A stretch of 64,000 bases of DNA, taken from the NCBI GenBank assembly GCA_025451045.1, contig JANWLD010000001.1, positions 133,812 to 197,811 of the forward strand. The letters are read 5' to 3'. The notes below the pieces were generated by a model, which had not been told where the DNA came from, searched no databases, and saw only the letters and a program-made list of their open reading frames with translations. The number at the start of each line of letters is the position of its first letter. The stretch's first letter is position 1. The translations under genes and the position numbers were made by a program. Below are positions 1 to 10,931 of this stretch, piece by piece. This DNA is from Candidatus Saccharimonadales bacterium (GTDB taxonomy: Bacteria > Patescibacteriota > Saccharimonadia > Saccharimonadales > 2-12-FULL-41-12).

Positions 1-879
1 ATTTTTCGTTTGACGATAATTATCAGCACGATAGTGTGTATTTTGGGGATAATCCAATACCTTTTGCCAAAAGATTTTATGACTCACTTCGGCTATTCAT
101 TAGATAGAGGCGTAAAACCGGCGTTTTTCATTGATGAAAAGCCGGATCTACCACGGATTATGTCCACTTTGCGCGACCCAAACTCACTCGGCGCTTATCT
201 GATATTGCCAATTACTATCTTGGCCGGCGCATGGCTGAAAAAGCCGAAACTTAGAATGTTGTTTTCCGGTTTGTTGTTACTGCATGCCTTAGCGTTATTT
301 TTGACTTTTTCACGCAGCGCATGGGTCGGTGCGGTTTTAGCTGTTGGAATAATGTTTTTCTGGCATTTCAAAGAGAGAACCAAGTTAATTGTCAAAAAAT
401 ATTGGCCGCTGATTGTCGCTGGGTTGGTAGTACTTACAGCCGGAGTCTTCATGCTTCGTGACCAGTATGTCGTGCAGAACGTGGTATTTCATTCCGATGA
501 AAACACCCGCCGGACTGATTCGAACAACCTGCATGCCCAATTTGCCGAAAACGGCCTGAAGGGAATTGCAAATGAACCGTTCGGCCATGGCCCGGGAACC
601 GCTGGACTAGTGTCGATCCAGACAAAACAAGTGGTCTTAACGGAAAATTACTTTATCCAAATTAGCTATGAGGTAGGGATTATCGGACTTGCCTTGCTTG
701 TTGGAATCATGATTTTTGTTTGTAAGTTGCTATATGAGCGGAATGATTTCTACGCATCGGCACTACTGGCATCTTTTGCCGGCATCACTTTTTGCTGTTT
801 GCTACTCCATACCTGGAGCAACGAAGCCGTTGCCGCCCAGTGGTGGTTGCTAGCAGGGCTCGTTATGAAAGAAAAGTAG
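1..879 (+). CDS. O-antigen ligase/polymerase-like (Wzy_C) membrane protein, 5'-partial
   Basis: Frame open to the window edge. Multi-TM with R-I-M-S-T-L-R-D-P-N-S-L-G, L-T-F-S-R-S-A-W, G-H-G-P-G and E-N-Y-F-I-Q...E-V-G-I-I-G motifs typical of the WaaL/Wzy family. Confidence 0.85.
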   Translation: MFRLTIIISTIVCILGIIQYLLPKDFMTHFGYSLDRGVKPAFFIDEKPDLPRIMSTLRDPNSLGAYLILPITILAGAWLKKPKLRMLFSGLLLLHALALFLTFSRSAWVGAVLAVGIMFFWHFKERTKLIVKKYWPLIVAGLVVLTAGVFMLRDQYVVQNVVFHSDENTRRTDSNNLHAQFAENGLKGIANEPFGHGPGTAGLVSIQTKQVVLTENYFIQISYEVGIIGLALLVGIMIFVCKLLYERNDFYASALLASFAGITFCCLLLHTWSNEAVAAQWWLLAGLVMKEK

Positions 880-930
880 CTGATCTAGTTAATGGAGAGG
901 AGTTATTTAAGTCCTAAAACCAGGGGGCCT

Positions 931-1278
931 TTACTTAAATATATTGTCATCAATCTTACCGCTACAGACTTTAGGAAGAGTATTGGTACGATATACATAA
1001 CCTGCGATCCTATACAATTCGTAGCCTTCTTTATTGATAACGTAATCCCTTTCACACACGAAGGCTGTATAAAAATGAATACCGTCGTGGGATAAATCAT
1101 AAAGAGGATATGTATGCTCTGAATGTGAAAAAGCAGCGCTGCCGAACCTTTGGTTAAACAGCGTGTAGCCTCCATATCCTGCCGCTGTTAGCATTAGAAG
1201 TACCAGCAGAGAACCGAAAAGCCTCCCGACCCCCGGTGAGTTGAGCCTGTTTAATATTGATGATTTTGTTGTTGCCAT
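931..1278 (-). CDS. Hypothetical protein with N-terminal TM/signal anchor
   Basis: 115-aa ORF, AAGGA SD upstream, hydrophobic segment at residues ~20-36. Confidence 0.6.
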   Translation of the reverse strand: MATTKSSILNRLNSPGVGRLFGSLLVLLMLTAAGYGGYTLFNQRFGSAAFSHSEHTYPLYDLSHDGIHFYTAFVCERDYVINKEGYELYRIAGYVYRTNTLPKVCSGKIDDNIFK

Positions 1279-1319
1279 AGAATTTATTTTCCTTTTCTAA
1301 CTATAAATGTAGCATAAAA

Positions 1320-2321
1320 CTAATGTTTACCAAAAGTAAAAAAAGACCGCATACTATGGGCGTTAGGCGGTAAATCCTGATACAGAATTGAGCGGATATA
1401 GCTGCTGCTGACTTTGCGATTTCTTTGAATTTTAAACCGCTCAATCAAGACATGCGGAATATTGAATACTGAATAGAAAAGTCCTTTTAAAAGAGTAATA
1501 AGTCGGGCTTTTAGCAAAGTGCTGAGCAAAATCGCACTGTAGGCTGCAAAAAAGCGGGGAAGCATTTTGGGGAGCAAGTTTAAGGGAACATTCTTCCAAA
1601 AAAGCATCGGCAGGTTCTTTATGGTTTGCAGTGTCGTGAAACCGGAAATCTTACCACTGGTACTGCCGGTGGCATGGTAGCCCACAGCTTTTGGCTGGTA
1701 CATTACTTCCCAGCCCCTTAGCTGAAGTCGGAAGTTGTAGTCGGTATCTTCATAATAAGCAAAAAACTTTTCATCGAAGAATCCAGTATCTCTCATTGCC
1801 TCAGCCTTGTACATGGCAGCGCCGGCACAGACACCGAAAACTTCGCCGGATTTACCTTCAGCATTTTCTGCTAGCTCATCCCTTTGGCGGGCAATCGCCA
1901 AACCCCAGATAGAATATTCATCACCGGTGTTATCTATCTTTTTACCATCTTTTGACAATAGTTTTCCAGTTGCCGCACCGATTCTTTTATCAATAAAAGT
2001 TTTTTCGAGTTCTTCCAGCCATTTTTTTTCTAAAACGACGTCGTTGTTCAAAAGCACTATATATTCAGCATTATTTTCCAGTGCTTCTCTTATCCCAGTG
2101 TTTACTCCTCCGGCAAAGCCAAGGTTCTTTTTGTTTTGGATTAATATGGTTTCTGGAAAAGATTTGCCAATAAGTTCCACTGAATTATCTTCCGATGCGT
2201 TGTCAACTACGATAACGGAGTGTTTTTTAGTTTGACTTCTTAATGATGCCAAACATTTTGTAGTTAGCTCACCACCGTTCCAGTTTGGGATAATAACCCA
2301 GATACCTGTATTATTTAACAT
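1320..2321 (-). CDS. GT2 family glycosyltransferase (rhamnosyltransferase-like)
   Basis: IIPNWNG, VVDNASED, NLGFAGGVN, LLNND and FFAYYEDTD motifs. Confidence 0.92.
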   Translation of the reverse strand: MLNNTGIWVIIPNWNGGELTTKCLASLRSQTKKHSVIVVDNASEDNSVELIGKSFPETILIQNKKNLGFAGGVNTGIREALENNAEYIVLLNNDVVLEKKWLEELEKTFIDKRIGAATGKLLSKDGKKIDNTGDEYSIWGLAIARQRDELAENAEGKSGEVFGVCAGAAMYKAEAMRDTGFFDEKFFAYYEDTDYNFRLQLRGWEVMYQPKAVGYHATGSTSGKISGFTTLQTIKNLPMLFWKNVPLNLLPKMLPRFFAAYSAILLSTLLKARLITLLKGLFYSVFNIPHVLIERFKIQRNRKVSSSYIRSILYQDLPPNAHSMRSFFTFGKH

Positions 2322-2347
2322 GTATTGTTTAATTTTAACTTAAGTTG

Positions 2348-3169
2348 ATGAGTTCTATAAAACACGAGAGATTTCCGCTTAAAAAGCAAAAAAGTCTCCT
2401 TCTTGAAATGATTAGGACGGACTTTAAACTGCGCTACCAAGCGTCAGCGCTTGGATATATTTGGTCCATCCTAAAACCGCTGTTCACGTTTGCTATTTTA
2501 TACATCATTTTTGCCTTGGTTTTAAAGCTGGGCGCACGTGAACAAAATTACGCGCTTTCACTACTTTTGGGCGTGGTACTTTGGAGTTTTTTCGCTGAAG
2601 CCACCAGTGCGTCTTTGGTTTCAATAGTTTCCAGCGGTAATCTAATCAGAAAGATAGATATACCCAGATATCTTATACCTATAGCGTCTACCACTGCAGC
2701 ATTTATAAACATGCTTCTGAGCCTGGTAGTATTCGGGGTTTTCCTGCTTCTTGGTTCTAACTTGGCTATTGGCTGGCATACTTTGTGGGTGCTTCCTTTG
2801 CTCATATTAGAGTTGGTCGTGATGAGTCTTGGCTTCGGCTTTTTCTTTGCCGCGTTTTATGTAAAACTGCGCGATCTTAATTATATTTGGGAAGTTATCA
2901 GACAGGCGCTTTTTTATGCTATCCCAATAATTTATCCATTGAGCAGAATAAATGATATAGAAATTCAGAAAATACTTCTGATGAATCCACTTACTCAAAT
3001 AATCCAAGATGCAAGGAGTGTAACGACTTATGACAAAATCGAGCGCATCCCACAAGTTTTTGGCAGCGGACTATATGAGCTTATCCCAATAATCTTTGCA
3101 ATACTGTCGTTGGTTATTGGCGTATGGTATTTCAGCAGGCATTCTAAATATTTTGCAGAGGATTTGTAA
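2348..3169 (+). CDS. wzm: Polysaccharide ABC exporter permease Wzm
   Basis: DFKLRYQASALGYIWSILKPL, RDLNYIW and NPLTQII ABC-2 motifs; adjacent to wzt. Confidence 0.93.
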   Translation: MSSIKHERFPLKKQKSLLLEMIRTDFKLRYQASALGYIWSILKPLFTFAILYIIFALVLKLGAREQNYALSLLLGVVLWSFFAEATSASLVSIVSSGNLIRKIDIPRYLIPIASTTAAFINMLLSLVVFGVFLLLGSNLAIGWHTLWVLPLLILELVVMSLGFGFFFAAFYVKLRDLNYIWEVIRQALFYAIPIIYPLSRINDIEIQKILLMNPLTQIIQDARSVTTYDKIERIPQVFGSGLYELIPIIFAILSLVIGVWYFSRHSKYFAEDL

Positions 3170-4393
3170 ATGGATAATGACGTAGCTATCAAAGTAAAGG
3201 GTGTATCGAAACACTTCATTCTTCCTCACAAAAAAAGAAACTCTCTAAAATCTTTTTTTCTTAATCCTTTTTCAAATTATCGAAATGAGAAACAACATGC
3301 TTTGGACAATGTTTCCTTTGAGGTAAAAAAAGGCGAATTTTTTGGCATAATCGGTAGGAACGGTAGTGGAAAGAGTACATTATTGAAATGCATGGCAGGA
3401 GTCTATATGCCGACCGAGGGCTCAATAACCGTAAATGGTAGTTTAGTCCCTTTCATTGAATTGGGCGTGGGATTTGATCCGGAACTTAGTGGACGAGATA
3501 ATATTTACCTGAACGGAGCTTTGCTAGGCTTTTCCAGAAAAGAGGTAGATAAAATGTATCAGGAAATTGTGGATTTTGCCGAACTGGAAAAGTTTATGGA
3601 TCAAAAATTGAAAAACTACTCATCCGGTATGCAGGTCCGACTGGCTTTTTCGGTGGCAATTCAAGCTAAAAGTGACATTTTACTACTGGATGAAGTCCTG
3701 GCAGTCGGCGACTCAGCTTTCCAGCAAAAGTGTACGGATTACTTCACTTCAATAAAAAAGAAGAAAAAAACAATAATTTTAGTTTCGCACAACATGCAAG
3801 CCGTCGAAAGATTCTGCGACAGGGCATTATTGATTGATAATTCTACCATTCAAAAGATTGGCGACAGCTCGAAAATAGCAGAAATGTATGAGAACATATT
3901 TTTGCGCGAAAAAATGGAAAAATTAAATGGAGAACGTCAACAAAAAAGGCGAGAGGTACTATCAGCTAGCGGCCAAGCAGTAGAAATTAAAAGTGTTAAA
4001 GTTACTCAAAATGGGAAAAAAGTAAAAGAGGTAAACGCTCAAAAAGAATTTGAAGTAGAAGTACTTTTATTGAGCAAGAGAGGCTTAAAGGAAGCAAACA
4101 TTGGGATAAATATTAAAAATCAAGACAGAATTATGTTGCTTTCGGCTGATACTATCGCCGAGTTAGGAAATATAGATATCCCAAAAAATAAGAAAGTAAA
4201 AATTATCTACAAAATTAGCAATATACTCGCAAATGGGCTATACACCATTAATCTCGGGGTCGTAGAAGGAGCCATACCTAATGATGAAGTAATTTTTAGA
4301 GAAGAAAATTCCCAAGAGTTTATTATCACAGGGAGTGAATCAAATCCAAGGGCCCTAGCACATACAAATATTGACGTAAGAGTGCAGGTGTGA
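3170..4393 (+). CDS. wzt: Polysaccharide ABC exporter ATPase Wzt with C-terminal carbohydrate-binding domain
   Basis: Walker A GRNGSGKST, YSSGMQVRLAF signature, LLLDEVLAVGD, and a Wzt_C-like extension. Confidence 0.95.
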   Translation: MDNDVAIKVKGVSKHFILPHKKRNSLKSFFLNPFSNYRNEKQHALDNVSFEVKKGEFFGIIGRNGSGKSTLLKCMAGVYMPTEGSITVNGSLVPFIELGVGFDPELSGRDNIYLNGALLGFSRKEVDKMYQEIVDFAELEKFMDQKLKNYSSGMQVRLAFSVAIQAKSDILLLDEVLAVGDSAFQQKCTDYFTSIKKKKKTIILVSHNMQAVERFCDRALLIDNSTIQKIGDSSKIAEMYENIFLREKMEKLNGERQQKRREVLSASGQAVEIKSVKVTQNGKKVKEVNAQKEFEVEVLLLSKRGLKEANIGINIKNQDRIMLLSADTIAELGNIDIPKNKKVKIIYKISNILANGLYTINLGVVEGAIPNDEVIFREENSQEFIITGSESNPRALAHTNIDVRVQV

Positions 4394-4412
4394 ATAAGGG
4401 GCATAGATACTT

Positions 4413-5792
4413 ATGAAAGAATCAGGTAAAAAAAATAGAATCTTAGTTCTATCACACATCTCCGAGCTAGTTGGCGGCGCCGAGAAGTCTCTACTTGATG
4501 TGTTCGACTCATGGGCTGAGGATTACCCTATAGAGCCGATCTTTATATTGAAAGAGCCAGTCGGTACCATGAAAGTCGCCATCGAAAAAAGAGGCTGGAA
4601 ATACTATGGTGTCGAATATACTTTTTGGTCGGAAGGGGAACCGCCAAAAACCAGTGAAAAAAAATACGTCGCGGCTTTGAAAAATACCAGAGCCATACAA
4701 AAAATCGAAGATATAATCCAGCAAGAGCAACCCGATTTAGTACTGACTAATTCGGTAGTCTGCCCATGGGCGGCCATCGCAGCACATTATCAAAAGATTC
4801 CGCATGTTTGGTTTGTTCGTGAATATGGAGACTTGGATCATGGCAGAATTTTTGAAATTGGCCGAAAGAAAACGCTACAAGATGTAGGCAACCTATCTGA
4901 GTTGGTGGTCGCGAATTCTAAAACTCTCGAAAACCACCTAGAAAAATATATTGATAAACAAAAACTAACGACACTTTATACGCCTTTTAATATAAAAAAA
5001 CTACTGGAAAAATCCGATGAAAAAGTAAAATCACCATTCAGTTACAGTAATAGTTTAAAAGTGGTTGTCACCGGAAGTCTTACCCCATCAAAAGGCCAAC
5101 TTGACGCCATAAAAGCCATAGGCAGATTAAATGTTGCCGGGTACTTGGCTGAGATTTGCATAATTGGCGGAAACGGACCAAAAGATTATAAGAAACGAAT
5201 TAGAAAAACAATAAAAAAATATAAGATTTCTGACAAAGTAAAATTGGTTGGTCATCAGGCTAATCCCTTGGCCCTGATATCATTAGCAGATGTTGGCATA
5301 ATGTCTTCCCGTATGGAGGCTTTTGGGCGAGTAACGTTTGAATACATGGCCGTAGGCTTGGCTATGATAGGAACGGATTCCGGTGCAACGCCCGAAATGA
5401 TAGAAGATGGCAAAAATGGCTATTTATATAAGCCGGGTGATATTGAAACTCTTGTTCACAAGCTAAAAATATATATAGAAGATCCTAATTTGATATCTAA
5501 ACATGGCCAAAACTCGAAGAGAAAAGCTGAAGAAATGATGCAGGGTAAGTACAAATCAGAGGACGTATATCAGAAAATACTTGGACTTTTGTCTGACGAC
5601 GGCCAAAAACAAAAAACGCAGCCTATTAATTACACGCATAAATGGCTGGAATATCCACAACTGGCCAATGACTTTATAATTGAGACGGGTAAGATATCGG
5701 TAAAAAAACTTATTTTTAAAAGAGCAAGGACCAGATTAGGCAGTGTAAGAAGAAAAACTCGCCAGACTGCTAAGAAAGCTATAAAAGGTTGA
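4413..5792 (+). CDS. GT4 family glycosyltransferase
   Basis: GGAEKSL, KGQLDAI and SSRMEAFGRVTFEYMAVG (EX7E) motifs. Confidence 0.92.
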   Translation: MKESGKKNRILVLSHISELVGGAEKSLLDVFDSWAEDYPIEPIFILKEPVGTMKVAIEKRGWKYYGVEYTFWSEGEPPKTSEKKYVAALKNTRAIQKIEDIIQQEQPDLVLTNSVVCPWAAIAAHYQKIPHVWFVREYGDLDHGRIFEIGRKKTLQDVGNLSELVVANSKTLENHLEKYIDKQKLTTLYTPFNIKKLLEKSDEKVKSPFSYSNSLKVVVTGSLTPSKGQLDAIKAIGRLNVAGYLAEICIIGGNGPKDYKKRIRKTIKKYKISDKVKLVGHQANPLALISLADVGIMSSRMEAFGRVTFEYMAVGLAMIGTDSGATPEMIEDGKNGYLYKPGDIETLVHKLKIYIEDPNLISKHGQNSKRKAEEMMQGKYKSEDVYQKILGLLSDDGQKQKTQPINYTHKWLEYPQLANDFIIETGKISVKKLIFKRARTRLGSVRRKTRQTAKKAIKG

Positions 5793-5796
5793 TACT

Positions 5797-6726
5797 ATGG
5801 CGACTTTTAAACCTATTACCATCGTAGTTCCGGTTTATGCCGACTGGAGTTCGCTTAAAACCTGTATAAAGTCTTTGAAGCAAACCATCAGTGAAAATGA
5901 CAAAGTAATTTTCGTTAATGATTGCGGCCCGCGAGCTGAATACTTAAGGAAAAAAATAAAGAAGGCCATAAATAAATATCCGAATTTCGAATACTTCCAT
6001 AATCCGTATAACGTAGGCTTTATAAAAACCTGCAACCGGGCGGTATTTGAACTTGATAATACGGCCAATGATGTACTGCTACTTAACAGTGACACGGAAG
6101 TTACTACCGGCTTCCTTGATGAAATGCGGTCGTTAATTGCGGAAGATAAGAAAATCGGTGCAATATCGCCGCGCTCTAACAATGCGACCATTGCGACCAT
6201 ACCTCTATCATCGGCGCTGCAGAAAGGCATTAATCCGAACAAGGCCTTTAAAATCTGGTGGAAAATAAAAGATAAGCTGCCGCGATACAACGAAGTACCG
6301 GTTGCCCATGGCTTTTGTCTGTTAATCCGTCGCTCGGTGATAAGTAAATGCGGGCTTTTTGACGAAGTGTTCGGCAAAGGCTACGGCGAAGAAAATGACT
6401 TTTGCCTGAGGATTAAAAAACAAGGCTTCACCAGCGTGCTTGCTAACCGGGCGTTTGTCTTCCACCTTGAAGCGAGGAGCTTCACATTGGAAGCAAAAGC
6501 AAAACTGCTGGAGAAAAACAGCAAGGTACTATACAAAAGATATCCAAACTACAGGCAATCCGTCAGGGACTATATGAAAGAGGCACTAATCAGGGAAGCG
6601 AAGGCTGAACGCGCGGCAGGCGTAAAAATAAACCCCGGCCCGAAAGACAAAATCAAAAATTTAATAAAACGTAATAAAAAAACCCACCAATTGGCTAAAA
6701 AGACCCGGGATAAAATTAGAAACTAA
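5797..6726 (+). CDS. GT2 family glycosyltransferase
   Basis: IVVPVY, NVGFIKTCN, LLNSDT and GYGEENDFC motifs. Confidence 0.92.
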   Translation: MATFKPITIVVPVYADWSSLKTCIKSLKQTISENDKVIFVNDCGPRAEYLRKKIKKAINKYPNFEYFHNPYNVGFIKTCNRAVFELDNTANDVLLLNSDTEVTTGFLDEMRSLIAEDKKIGAISPRSNNATIATIPLSSALQKGINPNKAFKIWWKIKDKLPRYNEVPVAHGFCLLIRRSVISKCGLFDEVFGKGYGEENDFCLRIKKQGFTSVLANRAFVFHLEARSFTLEAKAKLLEKNSKVLYKRYPNYRQSVRDYMKEALIREAKAERAAGVKINPGPKDKIKNLIKRNKKTHQLAKKTRDKIRN

Positions 6727-7988
6727 TCAGCTAATTCATCTAAGTTTTCAAGCAGTTTTTTAGCCGTTTGTTCAGAAGAACGGTCCTGCCAGACATATTT
6801 TTGGGCAGAAGGAATAATTTTTTCCGTTCTATCCCTGAAATTATTCGGGCTTGCAACTATAGTGGAAATACGGTTGAACCAAGACACTTCGTCATTTTTA
6901 ATCTTTATTATGAAGTTTTCGATTTCTTTTGATTGGTATGGCAGTATATCGGAAACCACCGGCATAATACCGGCAGCCAAATAATCAAGGCATTTTATAT
7001 CGGACTTTGACCTGTTAAAAGCTGAATCCACAAGAGGAGATAAGCCAATATTGTAAGGGCCTTGTTCCAAAAACCACTTTACGAAGTTTGGGTATAGCGA
7101 GCCAAATCTGGGGGTATTTAACTGCGTTATCCAGGTTCGCTCAGGCACGTTTTGTGAAACGCCAATAGTTGTCAGCTGGAATGAACCGGGGTGTTTTTCA
7201 TGAACTTTATCGAGCGCTGGGATAATCATCGCGAAATCTGCCTCATGGGTAGCCGTTCCCATATATACCATTTGGATAGGGCCTTTGTTTTTTGTTCGTA
7301 TTTTTTTTGTCTGCCACAGTCGGGGGTCTAAACTATTAGTTATGACTTTGGTCTTGGCTTTGTACCTATTTTCAACCAGTTCACCAGTCGATACCCATAT
7401 TTGGTCAGATTTTTCCAATAAATATTCCATTGCTTCTACTCTTTTAGTTTGGACAGCGTATTCCGGGTGTTCTTCACTGATTTGATGAAACGCGTCATCG
7501 TTGTCGACAATTATTTTTGCAGTCTTTGTCTGTTCCAAAAGTCTCTGAGACTGCTTGACATCATTAAATGCCGTACGCTGGACAATAACAAAATCGGCCT
7601 CTATATTTGCCGGCGGTCTCAGGGAAGATAATATATTTAATTCTATTTTCTCGCGCACGGCATTGTCGGACAAAGGGCTTATCAGCCGGATGAATGATGA
7701 GCTACGCGGGAAAAAATGCCCATCGCGAAGAACTAAGGCGACTTTGTATTTTTTGTTACGGTCTGTGTCCGGGTATGAATAAACTTCTTTTAGAACTTTA
7801 ATCAGGTTTTTTTTCTGTCGGTAGGGACTATAAAATGAGCTTTTGATTAGGGTACGATGGACTGGGTTATAGTGGTTTGCGAGGATTGCCGCCTGATAGA
7901 TTCTGCCATGGATAAGATGCAGGGAGATTTTTCGCAAGCGGCGGTAATTTTCCCGGATGAAATCTATTTCTTTGAGCTCATTTTTCAT
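6723..7988 (-). CDS. GT-B fold glycosyltransferase-like protein
   Basis: IVQR, IVDNDD, YMGTATHEAD and IGLSPLVDSAFNRSKSDIKCLDY motifs seen in glycan-locus GTs. Confidence 0.8.
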   Translation of the reverse strand: MKNELKEIDFIRENYRRLRKISLHLIHGRIYQAAILANHYNPVHRTLIKSSFYSPYRQKKNLIKVLKEVYSYPDTDRNKKYKVALVLRDGHFFPRSSSFIRLISPLSDNAVREKIELNILSSLRPPANIEADFVIVQRTAFNDVKQSQRLLEQTKTAKIIVDNDDAFHQISEEHPEYAVQTKRVEAMEYLLEKSDQIWVSTGELVENRYKAKTKVITNSLDPRLWQTKKIRTKNKGPIQMVYMGTATHEADFAMIIPALDKVHEKHPGSFQLTTIGVSQNVPERTWITQLNTPRFGSLYPNFVKWFLEQGPYNIGLSPLVDSAFNRSKSDIKCLDYLAAGIMPVVSDILPYQSKEIENFIIKIKNDEVSWFNRISTIVASPNNFRDRTEKIIPSAQKYVWQDRSSEQTAKKLLENLDELAD

Positions 7989-9414
7989 TTATCCAGGCCT
8001 TTTTACCATTGTTATACCAATCAGCTGTAGAATCCTTTATAAAATGCGGGAAAGCACTTATGAAGAAAATCAAAATGGTTATGAGTAAATAGCTGAATTT
8101 TAGCGATGGGCGTTTTAAAGCTCCAATGATCAGCTGGTTCCAAACCAGATAAATTATAGGCAGGACACAGAACAGATACCGGCCATGCACGGCGAATCCA
8201 AAGCGACCTGTTTGATGGTATAGATTAATGCTTTGGATTAATAACACGCCCGAGTAAAAAAGACTTATATAAACTAAGACTTTGATGTTCTTATCGATTT
8301 TCTTCCAACGGACTATAAGGAGATAAAATCCGGCCAGAAGGATAACCAGCGCCCAATCAACCGCCAACCTACTGGCCCGGAGGTATTTGTGGGCGAATAC
8401 GCCGAAAGTCCGGTCTTCTACCAACGGGACCCAGTTTTTTGAGTATTGGGCGATATTTTTCTTGGCCTTGGGGTGATTGGCTGAAAAGATTATCTCATCA
8501 CGCCTGAACAAATCACTGCCGCGGCATTCTTGCAGGGTTCTAACTTTAGGGCAAGAAGGAGCGTAATCTTGATAATTTATCAGGTTAAAAACATAGCGCT
8601 GAACAAACAAGATGCTTAACAGGCCAATGGTTACTATTAAAAAGTAGTTCAATTTTTTTGAAACGGCAAAACTTTTACCAAATTGCTTGAACACGATTGG
8701 CAAGCTTTTTACGTATTTAACACTGAAAATCAAACAAACAATAAATGCGATTGGCAGAAAATTGATTTTTGTCAGCGATCCGGCGAGCAGGACCACTAAC
8801 ATCAGCAGTATGTCGCGGGCATCAATCTTTCGGATGAGCCGGAGCAACAATAAAAAGCTGGCAAGTGAAAGAAAAACAAACAGATTATCATAGCTGATTG
8901 CTGAAAATAAAAACGTAAACATAAGGGTATTTACCAGCATGAATATAGATAAGTTCCTCGCTAAAACATTGATTTTTATAAAATCCGCTATTTTGACCAA
9001 CACTACCAACGAAGCTAAACCAAGACCGACGTTAAACAGCCTGATAACGATATAAGCATTATCTAGCCCGCTGACCAACTTGTACGGAAAACTCAAGATA
9101 TAGTGATATATAAAAAACGGGTTGTGGACAGCGTCAAGCAAGATATCATGCCCCTGTTGATGAGGCAAAAAGGGCGTGGGGAAATGCTCGGAAAAATACT
9201 TTATATATGTAAGATGATAATTCTCATCCGGCGGAACTCCGAACTTTATAAAAACTGCAAAATATAGGCCCTGCAGTGCGAACCAGCCAAGTGTTAAATA
9301 CAAAAAAGTTTTGGACGAGAAGAAGTTTAAACCGCGTTCAACGGTCTTTGACATAAGGTTATTTAAGTCCACTGTTGCGCCAGTAAGGTCAGATTGCTTG
9401 GCTTTTTCCCGCAC
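7978..9414 (-). CDS. GT-C-type (PMT/ArnT/DUF2142-like) membrane glycosyltransferase
   Basis: Multi-TM with PPDENYH after TM1, ISYDNL, LTKINF and HGRYLF. Confidence 0.75.
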   Translation of the reverse strand: MREKAKQSDLTGATVDLNNLMSKTVERGLNFFSSKTFLYLTLGWFALQGLYFAVFIKFGVPPDENYHLTYIKYFSEHFPTPFLPHQQGHDILLDAVHNPFFIYHYILSFPYKLVSGLDNAYIVIRLFNVGLGLASLVVLVKIADFIKINVLARNLSIFMLVNTLMFTFLFSAISYDNLFVFLSLASFLLLLRLIRKIDARDILLMLVVLLAGSLTKINFLPIAFIVCLIFSVKYVKSLPIVFKQFGKSFAVSKKLNYFLIVTIGLLSILFVQRYVFNLINYQDYAPSCPKVRTLQECRGSDLFRRDEIIFSANHPKAKKNIAQYSKNWVPLVEDRTFGVFAHKYLRASRLAVDWALVILLAGFYLLIVRWKKIDKNIKVLVYISLFYSGVLLIQSINLYHQTGRFGFAVHGRYLFCVLPIIYLVWNQLIIGALKRPSLKFSYLLITILIFFISAFPHFIKDSTADWYNNGKKAWINEK

Positions 9415-9484
9415 TCAAGAATTCTAACATGGTTATATCTTGACGGCTTAACTCCCTGTGTACCGATGTGTTATAGTCTCAAAA

Positions 9485-10930
9485 ATGAGTATATCCGGCA
9501 AAACAAAAAAGCTAGTTAAACGTTATAAATTTATGTTGATTGGAATTTTAGCGGTTATTTTCCTATATGTAGGAGTTGCAGGAACGGTATCGGCGACGGC
9601 TCAATGGTGGGTTGGCACTGGTGATACCGTTCACCATGTAGACTACATCTGGCGCTTACATAACGGAGATATCCCTAAACGCACCGATGGTATACAGTAC
9701 CCGCCATTTGTTAAGCTAGGTGGGCAGAAACCACAGATAGAGTCCGCTAATCCGCCATTGTTTTATGCCCTGCAAGCACCGCTTATTGGACCATTGCTAA
9801 ACCAAGACCATTGGGAAAAGGCTATCGCTGTGGGCAGGGCAATCAATATATTCATCGGCGTGATATGTATAATCGTATTAGCTTGGGCTGGCTGGTTATT
9901 TGGCGGTAGACGCAGGGAAATGTTTGCGGTCGCAGTACCGGCTTTATCGGTAATGACGTATAGGTTCACAAGGTTGAATCTGGATTATTCCGTTGATGCG
10001 CTACTTCTGGTGTTTTCGACTTTGTCGATTATCTTTATCTATAAACTTCTGCAAAACGGGCTTCAGAAAAAATATCTGGCAGTTCTTACGCTTCTATCCG
10101 TGGCAGGCATGGCAACCAAAGGGCCTTATATAATGTTCCTAGGCGTTACTTTGCTGGCAATCATCCTGGCATCGGTAGTCCATGGCAAGAAAAGCACAGT
10201 TAAGAATATTTTGAGCGGTTCAGCCATATCGGCGGCTATTTTAGTGATCACCCTTATTTGTATAGGTTGGTTCTACTACTTTTGGAATTACAAGGTTTAC
10301 GGCAACTGGTTTACGGCCCGCCCGCCCGAATATAGGGGTAACCGGGAAGTAAAATCATTTCATGAAGTAATCACCAGCACCAGCCTTTGGTTCATATTCT
10401 ATACTGGATATGCGAAGGCTATCGCGGTATCCGCCGCAATTACCAGTTTTGCTACTGCCGGAATATTGATTGTGAAGAAAAGTGGTATCAAAAAACTGTT
10501 AAGCGACAAGCCTCTGCATCTGACCGCTTTGCTGATGGCCTTAGCTACAATCGGTATATTCGCCACCCAGATTCAGCACGCTGTAGGTATAGGGGCATAT
10601 AATTTCAGGTATATGCTGCCGGCAATGTTGCCGATAGCACTGCTAATGACATACGGATTGTTGGAATTTAAGCGCGCTAGGGGACAGCTGGTAGCCCTAG
10701 CCGCCGCAGCCGCCGGCTACACATCGATATTGGCGGTCGCTTCTTCTTCAACTTTGGCTGACAGGGTATCGGGGTTTGAATCTGCCGACGGCAATGTAAA
10801 CAAATTGCTCACCGCGACATCTAGCAATGGGCTGTCTGACTCGATACTTTATATTTTGTTAGGACTATGTGCCATCGGAGCAATACTTTTGTCAGTGTCG
10901 CTGTTTAGGCTTTCAAGATCGGACAGATAA
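9485..10930 (+). CDS. GT-C-type membrane glycosyltransferase
   Basis: Multi-TM with GDTVHH, NPPLFY, ATKGPY and FRYMLP. Start moved to ATG 9485, 7 nt after TGnTATAGT. Confidence 0.72.
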   Translation: MSISGKTKKLVKRYKFMLIGILAVIFLYVGVAGTVSATAQWWVGTGDTVHHVDYIWRLHNGDIPKRTDGIQYPPFVKLGGQKPQIESANPPLFYALQAPLIGPLLNQDHWEKAIAVGRAINIFIGVICIIVLAWAGWLFGGRRREMFAVAVPALSVMTYRFTRLNLDYSVDALLLVFSTLSIIFIYKLLQNGLQKKYLAVLTLLSVAGMATKGPYIMFLGVTLLAIILASVVHGKKSTVKNILSGSAISAAILVITLICIGWFYYFWNYKVYGNWFTARPPEYRGNREVKSFHEVITSTSLWFIFYTGYAKAIAVSAAITSFATAGILIVKKSGIKKLLSDKPLHLTALLMALATIGIFATQIQHAVGIGAYNFRYMLPAMLPIALLMTYGLLEFKRARGQLVALAAAAAGYTSILAVASSSTLADRVSGFESADGNVNKLLTATSSNGLSDSILYILLGLCAIGAILLSVSLFRLSRSDR

Positions 10931-10931
10931 C

